DNA of 40,868 nucleotides from a virus (Duplodnaviria; Heunggongvirae; Uroviricota; Caudoviricetes): IMG/VR virus record IMGVR_UViG_2917875804_000004, positions 1 to 40,868 of that record; one strand, 5' to 3'. Shown piece by piece: positions 1 to 8,493 of this stretch (position 1 is its first letter; each line of letters starts with the position of its first letter). The notes under the pieces were generated by a model. It saw only the letters and a program-made list of their open reading frames with translations, ran no database searches and was not told where the DNA came from. The position numbers and the translations under genes were made by a program.

Positions 1-1306
1 CTATGCTTGTTTAATTACATCCGATCCCACAGCGTGGGGCATGGATGGGGCAAACTCACTCAATTTCTGGTTTAAAATGGATACCTGATCCTGATTGTTT
101 TCTGCCATCCACGATCCGTAAACGCGATAAACCATCTGAGCATCAGAGTGTCCCATTTGCTTCGCGATGAAGTTAGGGTTAGCTCCAGCGGTCAAAGACC
201 AACATGCATAAGTGTGCCTGGACTGATATGCTTTGCGGTAGCGAATCCCCGCACGTCGCATTGCAGTTTCCCATGACTGATTAATCGACCCAACTGCATA
301 ATGGTACCCGGCAAGGCCATTACGCGTAACGATTTGCGGATTAAAAACAAAAGTGCACGGATGCATTTCAGTTCGACCATATTCACGAAGTTTCACTTCA
401 ACCAGATACTGCTTACCAAGCCGTGTCATTTCAGCCTGATTCTTAAGCACGTCTATTGCTGGTTGAATTAGGTTGATAACACGGTTTGTTCCCGCTTCGG
501 TTTTAGGAAGAGTGAACTCTTTCGTTAATGTGTGGTTTCTTCTGATCGTCATTGTCCCTGTCTTCAGGTCTATATCTTCCCATGCCAGAGAAACCAACTC
601 CCCGTGGCGAACTCCCGTATAAACAGCCAGTGACCACATATTTTTTTAATTGCTGATGCTTAAATGCGTTAATCAACCTGACAAATTCATCACGGGTTAA
701 CGGATCAGGTTCCGTTCGTGATCTCTTCAGTTGCGAAATGGCTGCAAACGGATTTTCTTTGATGTATCCGCTGTCGGCTGCGAACTGAAACATCCCCGCC
801 ATGGTGTTCATGTAGTTATTAACTGTTGGCACGGAACGTCCCTTAATGGGTGTTTTTTGCCCACGTTTCAGAACATGATATCCGGTCAGCAAATCCTTTC
901 GTATGAACAGCAGTTCTTCCTGGGTCACAGCAGATGCAAGTCTGTTGCCTCCGATTCGGGGAACCATATTTCTTACAATGGAGCTGTAACGCCCCATCGC
1001 ATTGGTACTGATTTCCAGCTTTTTCAGATCCAGCCATTTCTCAGCCAGGTCTGCGACGGTAATTTCCTTACTTTCCGCACCAAATTTTCTCAGGTTGGGA
1101 GAGTCCGGAAACTGAGCGGCATAGTCGAAATTACCCGTCTTAATGGAAAAACAAACAGACGCTCGTAGCTCGCCAGCTATTTTCCTGTTTTTTGGTGTAT
1201 CCGGCACACCGAGACTTTCCCGTACTCGTGTGCCTTTATACATAAACCATATGCGGAGTGATCCGCCATGGTTCTCAACGCCTGTTGGGTATGCTGTCTT
1301 AGCCAT
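1..1306 (-). pseudogene. int: Tyrosine integrase, 3' end beyond window start; frame broken at T7 run 641-647 (N-terminal part ORF 503-1306, catalytic part ORF 1-639)
   Basis: Catalytic part has R...HxxR...Y tyrosine-recombinase signature (RHTYA, HSDAQMVYRVY); strong SD AGGAGGG before ATG at 1306; removing one base from the run joins the two ORFs in frame. Confidence 0.8.
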
Positions 1307-1598
1307 TGTTCCCTCCTGACGCCCAAGAGCGTATTAAGCATAAACGGTTCTTCATCGACGCGCACCAGGCTGTTTTTTTTGACATACTTTCAACCCACTG
1401 GTCGATAGCCTTGCGGTTATACATGCATTCGCTGTTTTCTTTTGGAATACCGTCCGGTGCAACATGGAGATATTCACGACCGACAAGCCAGGATTGTTTA
1501 CGTGCTCTCTCAATGGTTCCTGGGCGTAAACCTGTAATTTCGATCAGTTTTTGCTCTGTCACCCAGTCATTGGGCACAATTAAGTTAACTTCGCTCAT
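1299..1598 (-). CDS. xis: Excisionase-like small DNA-binding protein; C-terminal 24 aa look aberrant (A8 run 1373-1380)
   Basis: 99-aa ORF immediately upstream of and overlapping int; position as in lambda xis; tail after the A8 run is W/C-rich and overlaps the int SD. Confidence 0.5.
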   Translation of the reverse strand: MSEVNLIVPNDWVTEQKLIEITGLRPGTIERARKQSWLVGREYLHVAPDGIPKENSECMYNRKAIDQWVESMSKKTAWCASMKNRLCLIRSWASGGNNG

Positions 1599-1672
1599 TG
1601 TTTTCTCCGGTGCTGGAATGAAAGGGGGGGGTTAACAGGCCTCATTGGGTTTGAGGCTGTGTGATTCCATGG

Positions 1673-2017
1673 TTAGTCCTTGCGTAGTTCGCTAATTCTT
1701 CTGTAAGTCTCTGGTGCTTTGTTTCCGTGTATCTTCATTTCAGACTTCAACAGAGCAACGAGGGAATCCCATTCGTTGAGGATGCCTTTGAATGCCGGAA
1801 CGCGCTTTGCAACCTTGTCGAATGAATCTCTGATTTCTGGAATCTGCTCGACAAGCGCAACGCATCGCCGGAAATCGGCTGCGTCATGTGGAGCGCCGAA
1901 GTGATGACCATAGATATTCTTTTTCAGTCCACATGCGATTGAGGCAAGAGTTGCGCTACTGATGCCAACATCGCCAGTCGATTGCCATTTCAAAATCTTC
2001 ATAGCCAAATCTGACAT
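1673..2017 (-). CDS. Hypothetical protein (114 aa from second Met)
   Basis: ORF 1673-2044; SD GGAGA then ATG at 2017; no family recognised. Confidence 0.55.
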   Translation of the reverse strand: MSDLAMKILKWQSTGDVGISSATLASIACGLKKNIYGHHFGAPHDAADFRRCVALVEQIPEIRDSFDKVAKRVPAFKGILNEWDSLVALLKSEMKIHGNKAPETYRRISELRKD

Positions 2018-2030
2018 TTCTTGTCTCCAA

Positions 2031-2053
2031 TAAAAAACCGCCATCAGGCGGCT
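2031..2053 (-). terminator. Rho-independent terminator-like hairpin (GCCGCC-TGAT-GGCGG then T6) in the leader of the 1673-2017 gene
   Basis: Hairpin plus T-run read on the minus strand, about 14 nt upstream of the SD. Confidence 0.5.
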
Positions 2054-2154
2054 TGGTGTTCTTTCAGTTCTTAAATTCGAATCAGCCTTTGGTCACCCAG
2101 CATTGTGAGTCACCATTACACGGGCATGAATTAACAGGAACTCTCTCGCCGCAC

Positions 2155-2397
2155 TTACCGCAACGTTTTTCTGCTGATCGATTTTATACGCCAGCGCACA
2201 CGTGCATCATCCTGGCGGCTCAGTAACGCGATGTACTCACCAAACTCGTAAGGCGCACGCCTGAAGCGACGCGTGGCACAGTTACGCTCCAGCATTTCAA
2301 TTTCCTGAGCATCAAGTACAAGCTCCAGCTTACGCATACCGGATGATGCTTGCTTGACTCTCTGATCGGCTTTGCGCTCTGCTGCTGATTTAGCCAT
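2155..2397 (-). CDS. Hypothetical small protein (80 aa)
   Basis: ORF with AGGAAA SD; preferred over the overlapping low-complexity 109-aa ORF 2220-2549. Confidence 0.5.
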   Translation of the reverse strand: MAKSAAERKADQRVKQASSGMRKLELVLDAQEIEMLERNCATRRFRRAPYEFGEYIALLSRQDDARVRWRIKSISRKTLR

Positions 2398-2545
2398 TCT
2401 GCTTTTCCTGCATCAGGAGAAAGACAATCATGGCGGCGCGGATGCTTCCGGTATCTCTTTATGCGATATTCCCCCTCTATAGCACATACAAGCAGCGAAC
2501 CATCAACTGGAGTGAGTGAGGAATCGACCACAAGCAACGCCCCTT

Positions 2546-2660
2546 GCAATATGCCTTCGCGGTAATGGCTGTCACCCGCGGAACAATTTATCTGCTGGCT
2601 GTATGAAAAGCCAGCAATACAACTTTTGCTGACTTTCCACCGTTAACGCGACACAACCTT
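2546..2660. repeat. Left arm of long imperfect inverted repeat flanking a cargo cassette
   Basis: Core 2570-2660 matches the reverse complement of 3616-3708 at about 93 percent, including a 48-bp identical stretch. Confidence 0.7.
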
Positions 2661-2746
2661 TGTTCCTGAGCTTCACGTTGCAGAGCCGATAATCTCCGTC
2701 TCTTTAAATTAAAAAGACGGAGACTATTAAAAAACTCATTAAAACA

Positions 2747-3391
2747 TCAGGAAACAACAGATTCCCCGTAAAACGCTACAGCCTGTGCAGACTGGGAGTC
2801 CATATCATCATGGAGATCTCTGGAGTATGGGAGGGAGTTGACTGTCGATATAAATATACTGTCATTTTCTAAAGTGAAAATTTCTGATTCGAGACTACCA
2901 ATATCACCACGTACAGGATTAGTCCACCCACTAAACAGTAAAAATCCCCATTCCTGAAAAAGCCCGGAATTCACTTCACGTTTTACATCATGAAACATTT
3001 CTCCCGTCAGTTCATCGAAAGGGACATTATTGATATCGCGTCGTGCCGGGACAGTCCCTTTTTTATCCTCAATCCAAAACAATGCATCGTAAAATCTGTC
3101 CGACGTTGCGGTACGAGGTTTAAAGAAGCGATAAGGTTTAATTAAATAAGATGACACATTTTTCCCTGTGGCTTTATCCTTCGCAAAAATAACAAATGTT
3201 TTACCAATGCAACTTTCATCAATATCATTTGAAAATGACACCACGCCGTCCTGATTTACAGTCAGCGAATTGTCTCCCGCATTGGTGACAACACTCCAGT
3301 CCAATGTATTATTATTGACAACATCATTGTCAACCACCATCTGAAATGTCGCACCTGGAAATAATGTTTTCGGGAATGAACCATTAGCCAT
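2747..3391 (-). CDS. Hypothetical cargo protein (214 aa); probably starts at 3449 (234 aa) if the T8 run 3395-3402 is one base too long
   Basis: AT-rich ORF; upstream 21-codon frame 3384-3449 has a perfect SD TAAGGAG and fuses in frame with the main ORF after a 1-nt deletion in the run. Confidence 0.6.
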   Translation of the reverse strand: MANGSFPKTLFPGATFQMVVDNDVVNNNTLDWSVVTNAGDNSLTVNQDGVVSFSNDIDESCIGKTFVIFAKDKATGKNVSSYLIKPYRFFKPRTATSDRFYDALFWIEDKKGTVPARRDINNVPFDELTGEMFHDVKREVNSGLFQEWGFLLFSGWTNPVRGDIGSLESEIFTLENDSIFISTVNSLPYSRDLHDDMDSQSAQAVAFYGESVVS

Positions 3392-3615
3392 GTCTTTTTT
3401 TTATATCGAACACATGGTGGCTCACTAGAACACCGGTAATTTTTGGCATAAAAAACTCCTTATTTGTTTAATTGAAATGCGATCAATAAATTCGATCACC
3501 AAAGAGATATTATTACTTTTACAAGAATAAATGTTGTTATTTGTTTATTATAAAACAATCATCACCCAGGAAAGAAAAAGACGCAGTTCGTTAACAAAAA
3601 CCTTTGTGGCATATT

Positions 3616-3737
3616 AAGGTTGTGTCGCGTTAACGGTGGAAAGTCAGCAAAAGTTGTATTGCTGTTTCTTTATACAGCTAGCAGATAAAATTGTTCCGCG
3701 GGTGACAATCCATCACCATGAGGATGCTGATATTGCC
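3616..3737. repeat. Right arm of long imperfect inverted repeat flanking the cargo cassette
   Basis: Reverse complement of the left arm; hand alignment. Confidence 0.7.
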
Positions 3738-3755
3738 CCTTGCACATCATGTGGA

Positions 3756-4085
3756 TTAATTCAACGCCGGCCAGTATCGTAGCCGTTCCATGAAATAGGT
3801 GTGCAGGTTCTCCGGTTGCTCACGGGCTACCTGTTCTGCAATTACCGGTATATTCATCCGCTCTTTGTAGGCAACGCCGCTGGCAGCCAGGTCAGAAACG
3901 TACTGCTCAACGCTCATTCCCCAGCTAAGTGGGCTTTCATTGAATGTTTCGCCTTCGTGTTCTTCATCAGGTAGCTCTTTGGTAAAGAGCTCATGCTCAA
4001 TGGCGTGGAGTGTGTCAGCAAAACGGCGTAAATTACTCAAACCTACCACAATGGAGAATTCAGGAGCATCACATCCGACGCCCAT
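3756..4085 (-). CDS. Hypothetical protein (109 aa); probably the downstream part of a gene starting at 4265 that carries an in-frame TAA at 4185-4187
   Basis: Same frame is open upstream ([37 protein letters not shown]...) to a TAA, preceded by a 26-codon ORF from ATG 4265. Confidence 0.45.
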   Translation of the reverse strand: MGVGCDAPEFSIVVGLSNLRRFADTLHAIEHELFTKELPDEEHEGETFNESPLSWGMSVEQYVSDLAASGVAYKERMNIPVIAEQVAREQPENLHTYFMERLRYWPALN

Positions 4086-4262
4086 CTGCTGATATACGGT
4101 GGTTTTGAAGGCCTTAAGCCCAGCATTTTCAGCCGCCAGAGCCTCGCATTTAGCTTCAAGTTCACCGAATTTACGGACAAGATATTAAGCGTTTGTTTCG
4201 TTAACCTTTAAATCACGTGGTATGCATTTACCTTTCAGAAAACCATCCATCTCAATTAGTGT

Positions 4263-4436
4263 CATTTGCTTAATTTCTTCCCACTCCGCCACATCGCATT
4301 CAGGTATTTGTTTTGATTCACTGATGGAAAAGAATTTCTCTTAAGCAATTCCTCTCTAGATGGCATTGGCTTTACACGTTGGCGAATAATCATTTCTGCC
4401 GGAAGAATGCCGGGATTGTATGCAAGTCCTCTCATG
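4263..4436 (-). CDS. Small hypothetical protein (57 aa)
   Basis: ATG at 4436 overlaps the stop of the upstream gene; ATGA overlap with the next ORF. Confidence 0.3.
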
Positions 4437-4713
4437 ATTTACTCTCCACGAACTGGTCAATAGCCATGCTAAGTGACATACCTAAAGTTTCGATATGCTG
4501 CTGAATATCCCGTAGCGTCTGCGCCTGAGATAACAGGATTTCACGGTTGCATAACTCTTTGATCAGATGCTCAAACTTGCTGTAATAACCGATACGGCTT
4601 AGTGTTTCTTTCCCTGCATTCTCACCTTCTTTGATAATTCCTCTTTCATTAAGAATCAGGTCGTGTTTTGTTCCAGTAATAACGTATTTGCCGAGGTCGA
4701 TGTTTAGCTTCAT
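4432..4713 (-). CDS. Hypothetical protein (93 aa)
   Basis: ORF in the early-left operon; no family recognised. Confidence 0.55.
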   Translation of the reverse strand: MKLNIDLGKYVITGTKHDLILNERGIIKEGENAGKETLSRIGYYSKFEHLIKELCNREILLSQAQTLRDIQQHIETLGMSLSMAIDQFVESKS

Positions 4714-4757
4714 TGTTAATTACTCCATGTTAATTTATTCGTATGCCTGCTCTTTCT

Positions 4758-5045
4758 TCATCGAGTTTTTTTTAGCTTGTATCGCATAGCTCTTACTGAA
4801 TAAATTGAGCGGCAGGTTGCAATTGCTATTTCTTCTGCGGAGAACTTACCGAAAAGTGATACTTCGGCTCTTGTCCATCGTCTTCCACGAAGTCTGCTAA
4901 CAATGTCAGCGCCAATCCTTGTTGCTTTCGCCATTACTGCTTTTTCAGTCCTTTCCAGTTTTTCAGCGATAACTTCAACTGGCATTGTCGCCGCTACTTC
5001 GCGCAAGAAATCGACTTCCCATTTCTCCCATGGAGTCTTTTTCAT
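4758..5045 (-). CDS. Hypothetical protein (95 aa), basic, possibly DNA-binding
   Basis: ORF in the early-left operon. Confidence 0.55.
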   Translation of the reverse strand: MKKTPWEKWEVDFLREVAATMPVEVIAEKLERTEKAVMAKATRIGADIVSRLRGRRWTRAEVSLFGKFSAEEIAIATCRSIYSVRAMRYKLKKTR

Positions 5046-5056
5046 AGGCGATACCG

Positions 5057-5539
5057 TTATTTGATAAGAAGTGAAGGTTTCCCAACCTTGAGTTGAGCGC
5101 CGGGGATATTTATTCCTGCTTTTAGTTGGTGTTTGATTGCCAGTTTGTTGGCTTTAATTGTCGTTTCAAACTCAACGTATTCAGGAGGAAGGGCGCTTGA
5201 GTCGATGATTTCTACAGTTTTTGACGGTTTGCGGATTGTTACCTGGTGAATACCTGCTCGAATCTTTTTCTTGCCAACCATTTCAAGCGATGACGCTATA
5301 TATGCCATAATGCTATCAATCTTATTTTGAATTACTGCTGCTCGTTCATTCAGTGACTTTGCCTCTTCCTTGAGGCGTTCAGCATAACCAGACTCATTTT
5401 TAATAATGGCAAGAAGTTGCTCTATTTTATCGGTAAATTCTCCTTCCATGCCTTCTATTGTGTCAGCAATCATCTCTGGCTCTAAATCTGAATCCATCAG
5501 CTTTGCGTATTCATTGGCAATTTCATACAGTTTGCTCAC
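5057..5539 (-). CDS. Gp157-like protein, typical companion of RecT-type recombinases
   Basis: 160-aa acidic coiled-coil protein directly downstream of recT; GGAGG SD before GTG at 5539; family assignment from memory. Confidence 0.5.
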   Translation of the reverse strand: MSKLYEIANEYAKLMDSDLEPEMIADTIEGMEGEFTDKIEQLLAIIKNESGYAERLKEEAKSLNERAAVIQNKIDSIMAYIASSLEMVGKKKIRAGIHQVTIRKPSKTVEIIDSSALPPEYVEFETTIKANKLAIKHQLKAGINIPGAQLKVGKPSLLIK

Positions 5540-6425
5540 TGGCAACCTCCAGTTTCGCTTTGCATTCTATGTAAATGGCTTGTACGTTCTGCCGCAATTT
5601 CATTCCAGATGTCAGGCGATATGCTTCTGCAAAATATCGCTTCAAATCATCCATGTTTTCAGCCTGGGCCATTTCATCACAAAGAAGTTGTGCTTTATCC
5701 ATTATTTCCTGCTGGCGTTTCCGTTCATCTTCGCGGATATCTTCCTCTGATTTGTGCGGCATAACTGGTTCCTGATGCATACCTTCATCTTCGTTAAGCA
5801 GGTGAATGGCATTATCCAGTCGCTGGGCTTTAGGCCAGTATTTGCTGGCGCGTTTAACTATGGTTTTACGCGCCATCTCTTCCCAGAATGTCTTCCACGG
5901 TCCATTCTTTGCCTTGCTCGTTGCTTCCACAGCTTTAATTTCTGCCAGACTCATTTCTTCAGTGAGGTAGTCACCATCTGCTGTTTTAACCGTGCAATAA
6001 CCACCAACAATAGAGCCTCGCTCACCAAATGCGTTGTATTTGTGGGTTGGTGCTGAATCAAGGCCGTTTGATTCATAGGTGTCGTTTGAGTACACCAGTT
6101 TGCATTGTCCCCACTTAATTGAGCCTGTCGATTGCGCAAGATGAAGTAATCCCATGTAACTGATATCAAGGCACACCATGCCGTCGCGCGGAACCAGATA
6201 AGCCAGTTTGCTAGCCGGGTTTAAGGTGATGCCGATCGCCGCAACATTGATGATGGCGTTCTGTGCGCTGGTTGGATTTGCCAGTGCTGTTTTAGCCAGG
6301 TAATCGTTTTTCTGGAAATACTGAATTGCAAACTGGCTTTCCTTAGCCCATGTCACCGTCTGTTCAGTCAATGCTCCGCAGAATAACTGCTCCTGCTGTT
6401 TAACGAATTCAACGATATTGCTCAT
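5523..6425 (-). CDS. recT: RecT-family single-strand annealing recombinase
   Basis: 300-aa product with RecT-like core; position of the lambda bet/exo module. Confidence 0.85.
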   Translation of the reverse strand: MSNIVEFVKQQEQLFCGALTEQTVTWAKESQFAIQYFQKNDYLAKTALANPTSAQNAIINVAAIGITLNPASKLAYLVPRDGMVCLDISYMGLLHLAQSTGSIKWGQCKLVYSNDTYESNGLDSAPTHKYNAFGERGSIVGGYCTVKTADGDYLTEEMSLAEIKAVEATSKAKNGPWKTFWEEMARKTIVKRASKYWPKAQRLDNAIHLLNEDEGMHQEPVMPHKSEEDIREDERKRQQEIMDKAQLLCDEMAQAENMDDLKRYFAEAYRLTSGMKLRQNVQAIYIECKAKLEVASEQTV

Positions 6426-6733
6426 GCTGCTTTTCCATAAATATGTCTGCGTTTGAATATTGCGAAGGCATATTCAGCCTTAACTCTTTCGGTTATTGCA
6501 TCCCAGAACCATTCAGCGGCTTTTTCCTGATAGTTACAGTCATCATCTTCCAGCCAGTCGATAGCGTCCTTAGTGTGTTCATCTGGTTTATATGAGCGAA
6601 GCATTTCGCTTATTGGGTCGCAACGTTTGCAGAGTCGATCAACTTCACTGTTGATTCGTTCGTAATCTTCATCAGTAAAACTTGCGATTATTTGCGATAT
6701 TTCACGCTTATCATTCAGAGTCAGAATCATCAT
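6422..6733 (-). CDS. Hypothetical protein (103 aa) upstream of recT
   Basis: ORF translationally coupled to recT (ATGA overlap). Confidence 0.55.
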   Translation of the reverse strand: MMILTLNDKREISQIIASFTDEDYERINSEVDRLCKRCDPISEMLRSYKPDEHTKDAIDWLEDDDCNYQEKAAEWFWDAITERVKAEYAFAIFKRRHIYGKAA

Positions 6734-6814
6734 CTTTCTCCTGTTCTTTGTGCTGATTGAGCATTTTGTTCATCTGACGAATGAATTCTTCGTCTGACCA
6801 GTTATCTGTAAAAC

Positions 6815-6967
6815 TCATTTCCTGCGATACCACGGAAGGTTGATAGCTGATTTCATCGCTTTATTTGCTTCAAGCCACATTTTGGAGTCACCAATAAATT
6901 TGGCTATTACTGCTTTGTTTTGTGCTGCACGAAGCATCTGGTGATTAATGGCTATTTCATTGCGCAT
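6815..6967 (-). CDS. kil: Kil-like small protein (50 aa)
   Basis: GGAGG SD then ATG at 6967; motif FIGDSKMWLEANKAMK resembles lambda Kil FIGDEKMF; below the 60-aa ORF-track cutoff. Confidence 0.4.
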   Translation of the reverse strand: MRNEIAINHQMLRAAQNKAVIAKFIGDSKMWLEANKAMKSAINLPWYRRK

Positions 6968-7086
6968 AACGCCTCCAGTTGTTTCTTTGCTGCTCTGATT
7001 AATTGTTTAACTCGGCGTGATAATTCAGATTCGTGCGGGTAGAAAGCGGACATGACGCCGCTACCCGCGAGCTGAAAGTGCATCAT
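6952..7086 (-). CDS. cIII: CIII-like protein (FtsH inhibitor), about 45 aa
   Basis: MMHFQLAGSGVMSAFYPHESELSRRVKQL resembles lambda CIII; AAGGAG SD before ATG at 7086. Confidence 0.5.
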   Translation of the reverse strand: MMHFQLAGSGVMSAFYPHESELSRRVKQLIRAAKKQLEALCAMK

Positions 7087-7169
7087 GGGTAACTCCTTAT
7101 ATTTGATTGCATAACGAAAATGCCTCTCGTGAAGCATTATTGGTATGCGGTAAAGCCGCGCTCAGGCGG

Positions 7170-7419
7170 CTACTCTATTTCTTCTTCGAATGATTTTATT
7201 AGTCGGTCAATAACATCATCTGTTTCAATATCATTTCCGTCTGATTGCTTTAATACGTCTATTGATTCTGCTGCGGTAAATTCCATCGCTGTGAGAAACT
7301 CGACAATTGCACACTCAACGACATATCGTTCTTCATCTGTACGACATGAGATAAAAAGAGCATTTAATTGCTGTTATTACTTTTTGTTTAAGTTCTGCAG
7401 GATAATCAGTTTTTATCAT
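7170..7419 (-). CDS. Small acidic protein; frame broken at A5 run 7353-7357 (28-aa ORF plus 60-aa out-of-frame continuation)
   Basis: GGAG SD and ATG at 7419; removing one base from the run gives a continuous 82-aa ORF ending at 7170. Confidence 0.35.
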
Positions 7420-7432
7420 CGTTTACTCCGTT

Positions 7433-7459
7433 AAAAAAAACGCCCTCACATTGGAGGGC
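7433..7459 (-). terminator. Rho-independent terminator (GCCCTC-CAATGT-GAGGGC then T8), tL-like
   Basis: Perfect 6-bp GC stem followed by an 8-T run on the minus strand. Confidence 0.55.
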
Positions 7460-7595
7460 AAAGAAGATTTCCAATAATCAGAACAAGTCGGCTCCTGTTT
7501 AATTACGAGCGACATTGCTCCGTGTATTCACTCGTTGGAATGAATACACAGTGCAGTGTTTATTCTGTTGTTTATGCCAAAAATAAAGGCCACCA

Positions 7596-7796
7596 TCAGG
7601 CAGCCTTGTTATTCTGTTTACCAAGTTCTCTGGCAATCATTGCCGTCGTTCGTATTGCCCATTTATCGACATATTTCCCATCTTCCATTACAGGAAACAT
7701 TTCTTCAGGCTTAACCATGCATTCCGATTGCAGCTTGCATCCATTGCATCGCTTGAATTGTCCACACCATTGATTTTTATCAATAGTCGTAGTCAT
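7596..7796 (-). CDS. ral: Restriction-alleviation protein Ral-like (66 aa)
   Basis: 66-aa Cys-containing protein directly downstream of N, matching lambda Ral in size, position and remembered sequence. Confidence 0.6.
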   Translation of the reverse strand: MTTTIDKNQWCGQFKRCNGCKLQSECMVKPEEMFPVMEDGKYVDKWAIRTTAMIARELGKQNNKAA

Positions 7797-7866
7797 ACGG
7801 ATAGTCCTGGTACTGTTCCATCACATCCTGCGGATGATCTTCGAACTCTTCAAATTCTTCTTCCAT
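7780..7866 (-). CDS. Micro-ORF (28 aa), highly acidic, Tyr-rich C-terminus
   Basis: GAGGTG SD 5 nt upstream of ATG at 7866; overlaps the ral start. Confidence 0.3.
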   Translation of the reverse strand: MEEEFEEFEDHPQDVMEQYQDYPYDYDY

Positions 7867-7874
7867 ATATCACC

Positions 7875-8174
7875 TCAAATAAGTGGTTTGCTGCCTAATT
7901 TCATTTTCTGGCGACCAACACAAGTCACACCCATTTCACTGCGTGGCTTGCGGTAGTAAATACGGTTCTGTTTACGCTCGACTTCATCTGCCTTCTTGCA
8001 GAGAAGGCTGCCAAGTGATGCTGCTTTGTCTGCTCTGACGCAACCAGAGAGCTTTAGCGCAATCTTCCGCACCAGTCGCTGTTCTTTCATTGCCTGTTCA
8101 CGTTGAGCCTGTCTGCGTGCTCTGCGGCGATTTCTGGCGTTATCGTCAGCCAGATATGTAATGACTACTGTCAT
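7875..8174 (-). CDS. N: Antitermination protein N
   Basis: N-terminal arginine-rich motif NARNRRRARRQAQ; C-terminus GRQKMKLGSKPLI matches lambda N GRQKIKGKSIPLI. Confidence 0.75.
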   Translation of the reverse strand: MTVVITYLADDNARNRRRARRQAQREQAMKEQRLVRKIALKLSGCVRADKAASLGSLLCKKADEVERKQNRIYYRKPRSEMGVTCVGRQKMKLGSKPLI

Positions 8175-8289
8175 GTTGACCTCCGATGATTGACTTTAGC
8201 GGTGACGTGACGGGGGGGAGGGAGGTTAACTCCCTGATGCTGTCGCGCTGCTGCACTTCACATCACCCCAAAGCCAACTACTCTTTGGT

Positions 8290-8330
8290 TCCCGCATTTC
8301 GGCGGGACAATCCCATCAATGTTAAAGAGC
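8290..8330 (-). promoter_or_regulatory. nutL candidate: boxA GCTCTTTAACA plus boxB hairpin TCCCGC-CGAAAT-GCGGGA
   Basis: Same boxA and boxB sequences recur downstream of cro (nutR). Confidence 0.6.
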
Positions 8331-8376
8331 CTGCCAATCTGTTCCGTTTGGCTACCAGCGTCCTGTTGATGACTTA

Positions 8377-8405
8377 AATTTAAGATTTCTTTAATTGCTG
8401 GTCAA
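8377..8405 (-). promoter_or_regulatory. PL-like promoter (-35 TTGACC, 17-bp spacer, -10 TAAATT) with flanking operator-like TTAAG palindromes
   Basis: Sigma70-like hexamers read on the minus strand upstream of nutL and N. Confidence 0.45.
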
Positions 8406-8470
8406 GGGCTTTTTTGAAGAAAACTTAAATTTTATTGCGAAGCTTAAGTTTTGCTTTGATTTTTAAAGGA

Positions 8471-8493
8471 AAGAAAAAAGGGGCGAATGCCCC
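8471..8493 (-). terminator. Terminator hairpin (GGGGC-ATTC-GCCCC then T6) immediately after the repressor gene
   Basis: Hairpin plus T-run on the minus strand. Confidence 0.5.

Noticed and set aside
2220-2549. 109-aa minus-strand ORF overlapping the 80-aa ORF and the left inverted-repeat arm
   Set aside because: Low-complexity S/R/W-rich translation with a TTG start; the 80-aa frame is the better candidate.
8186-8377. 63-aa plus-strand ORF between N and the repressor
   Set aside because: Overlaps the nutL and PL/OL control region on the opposite strand; no SD; likely non-coding.
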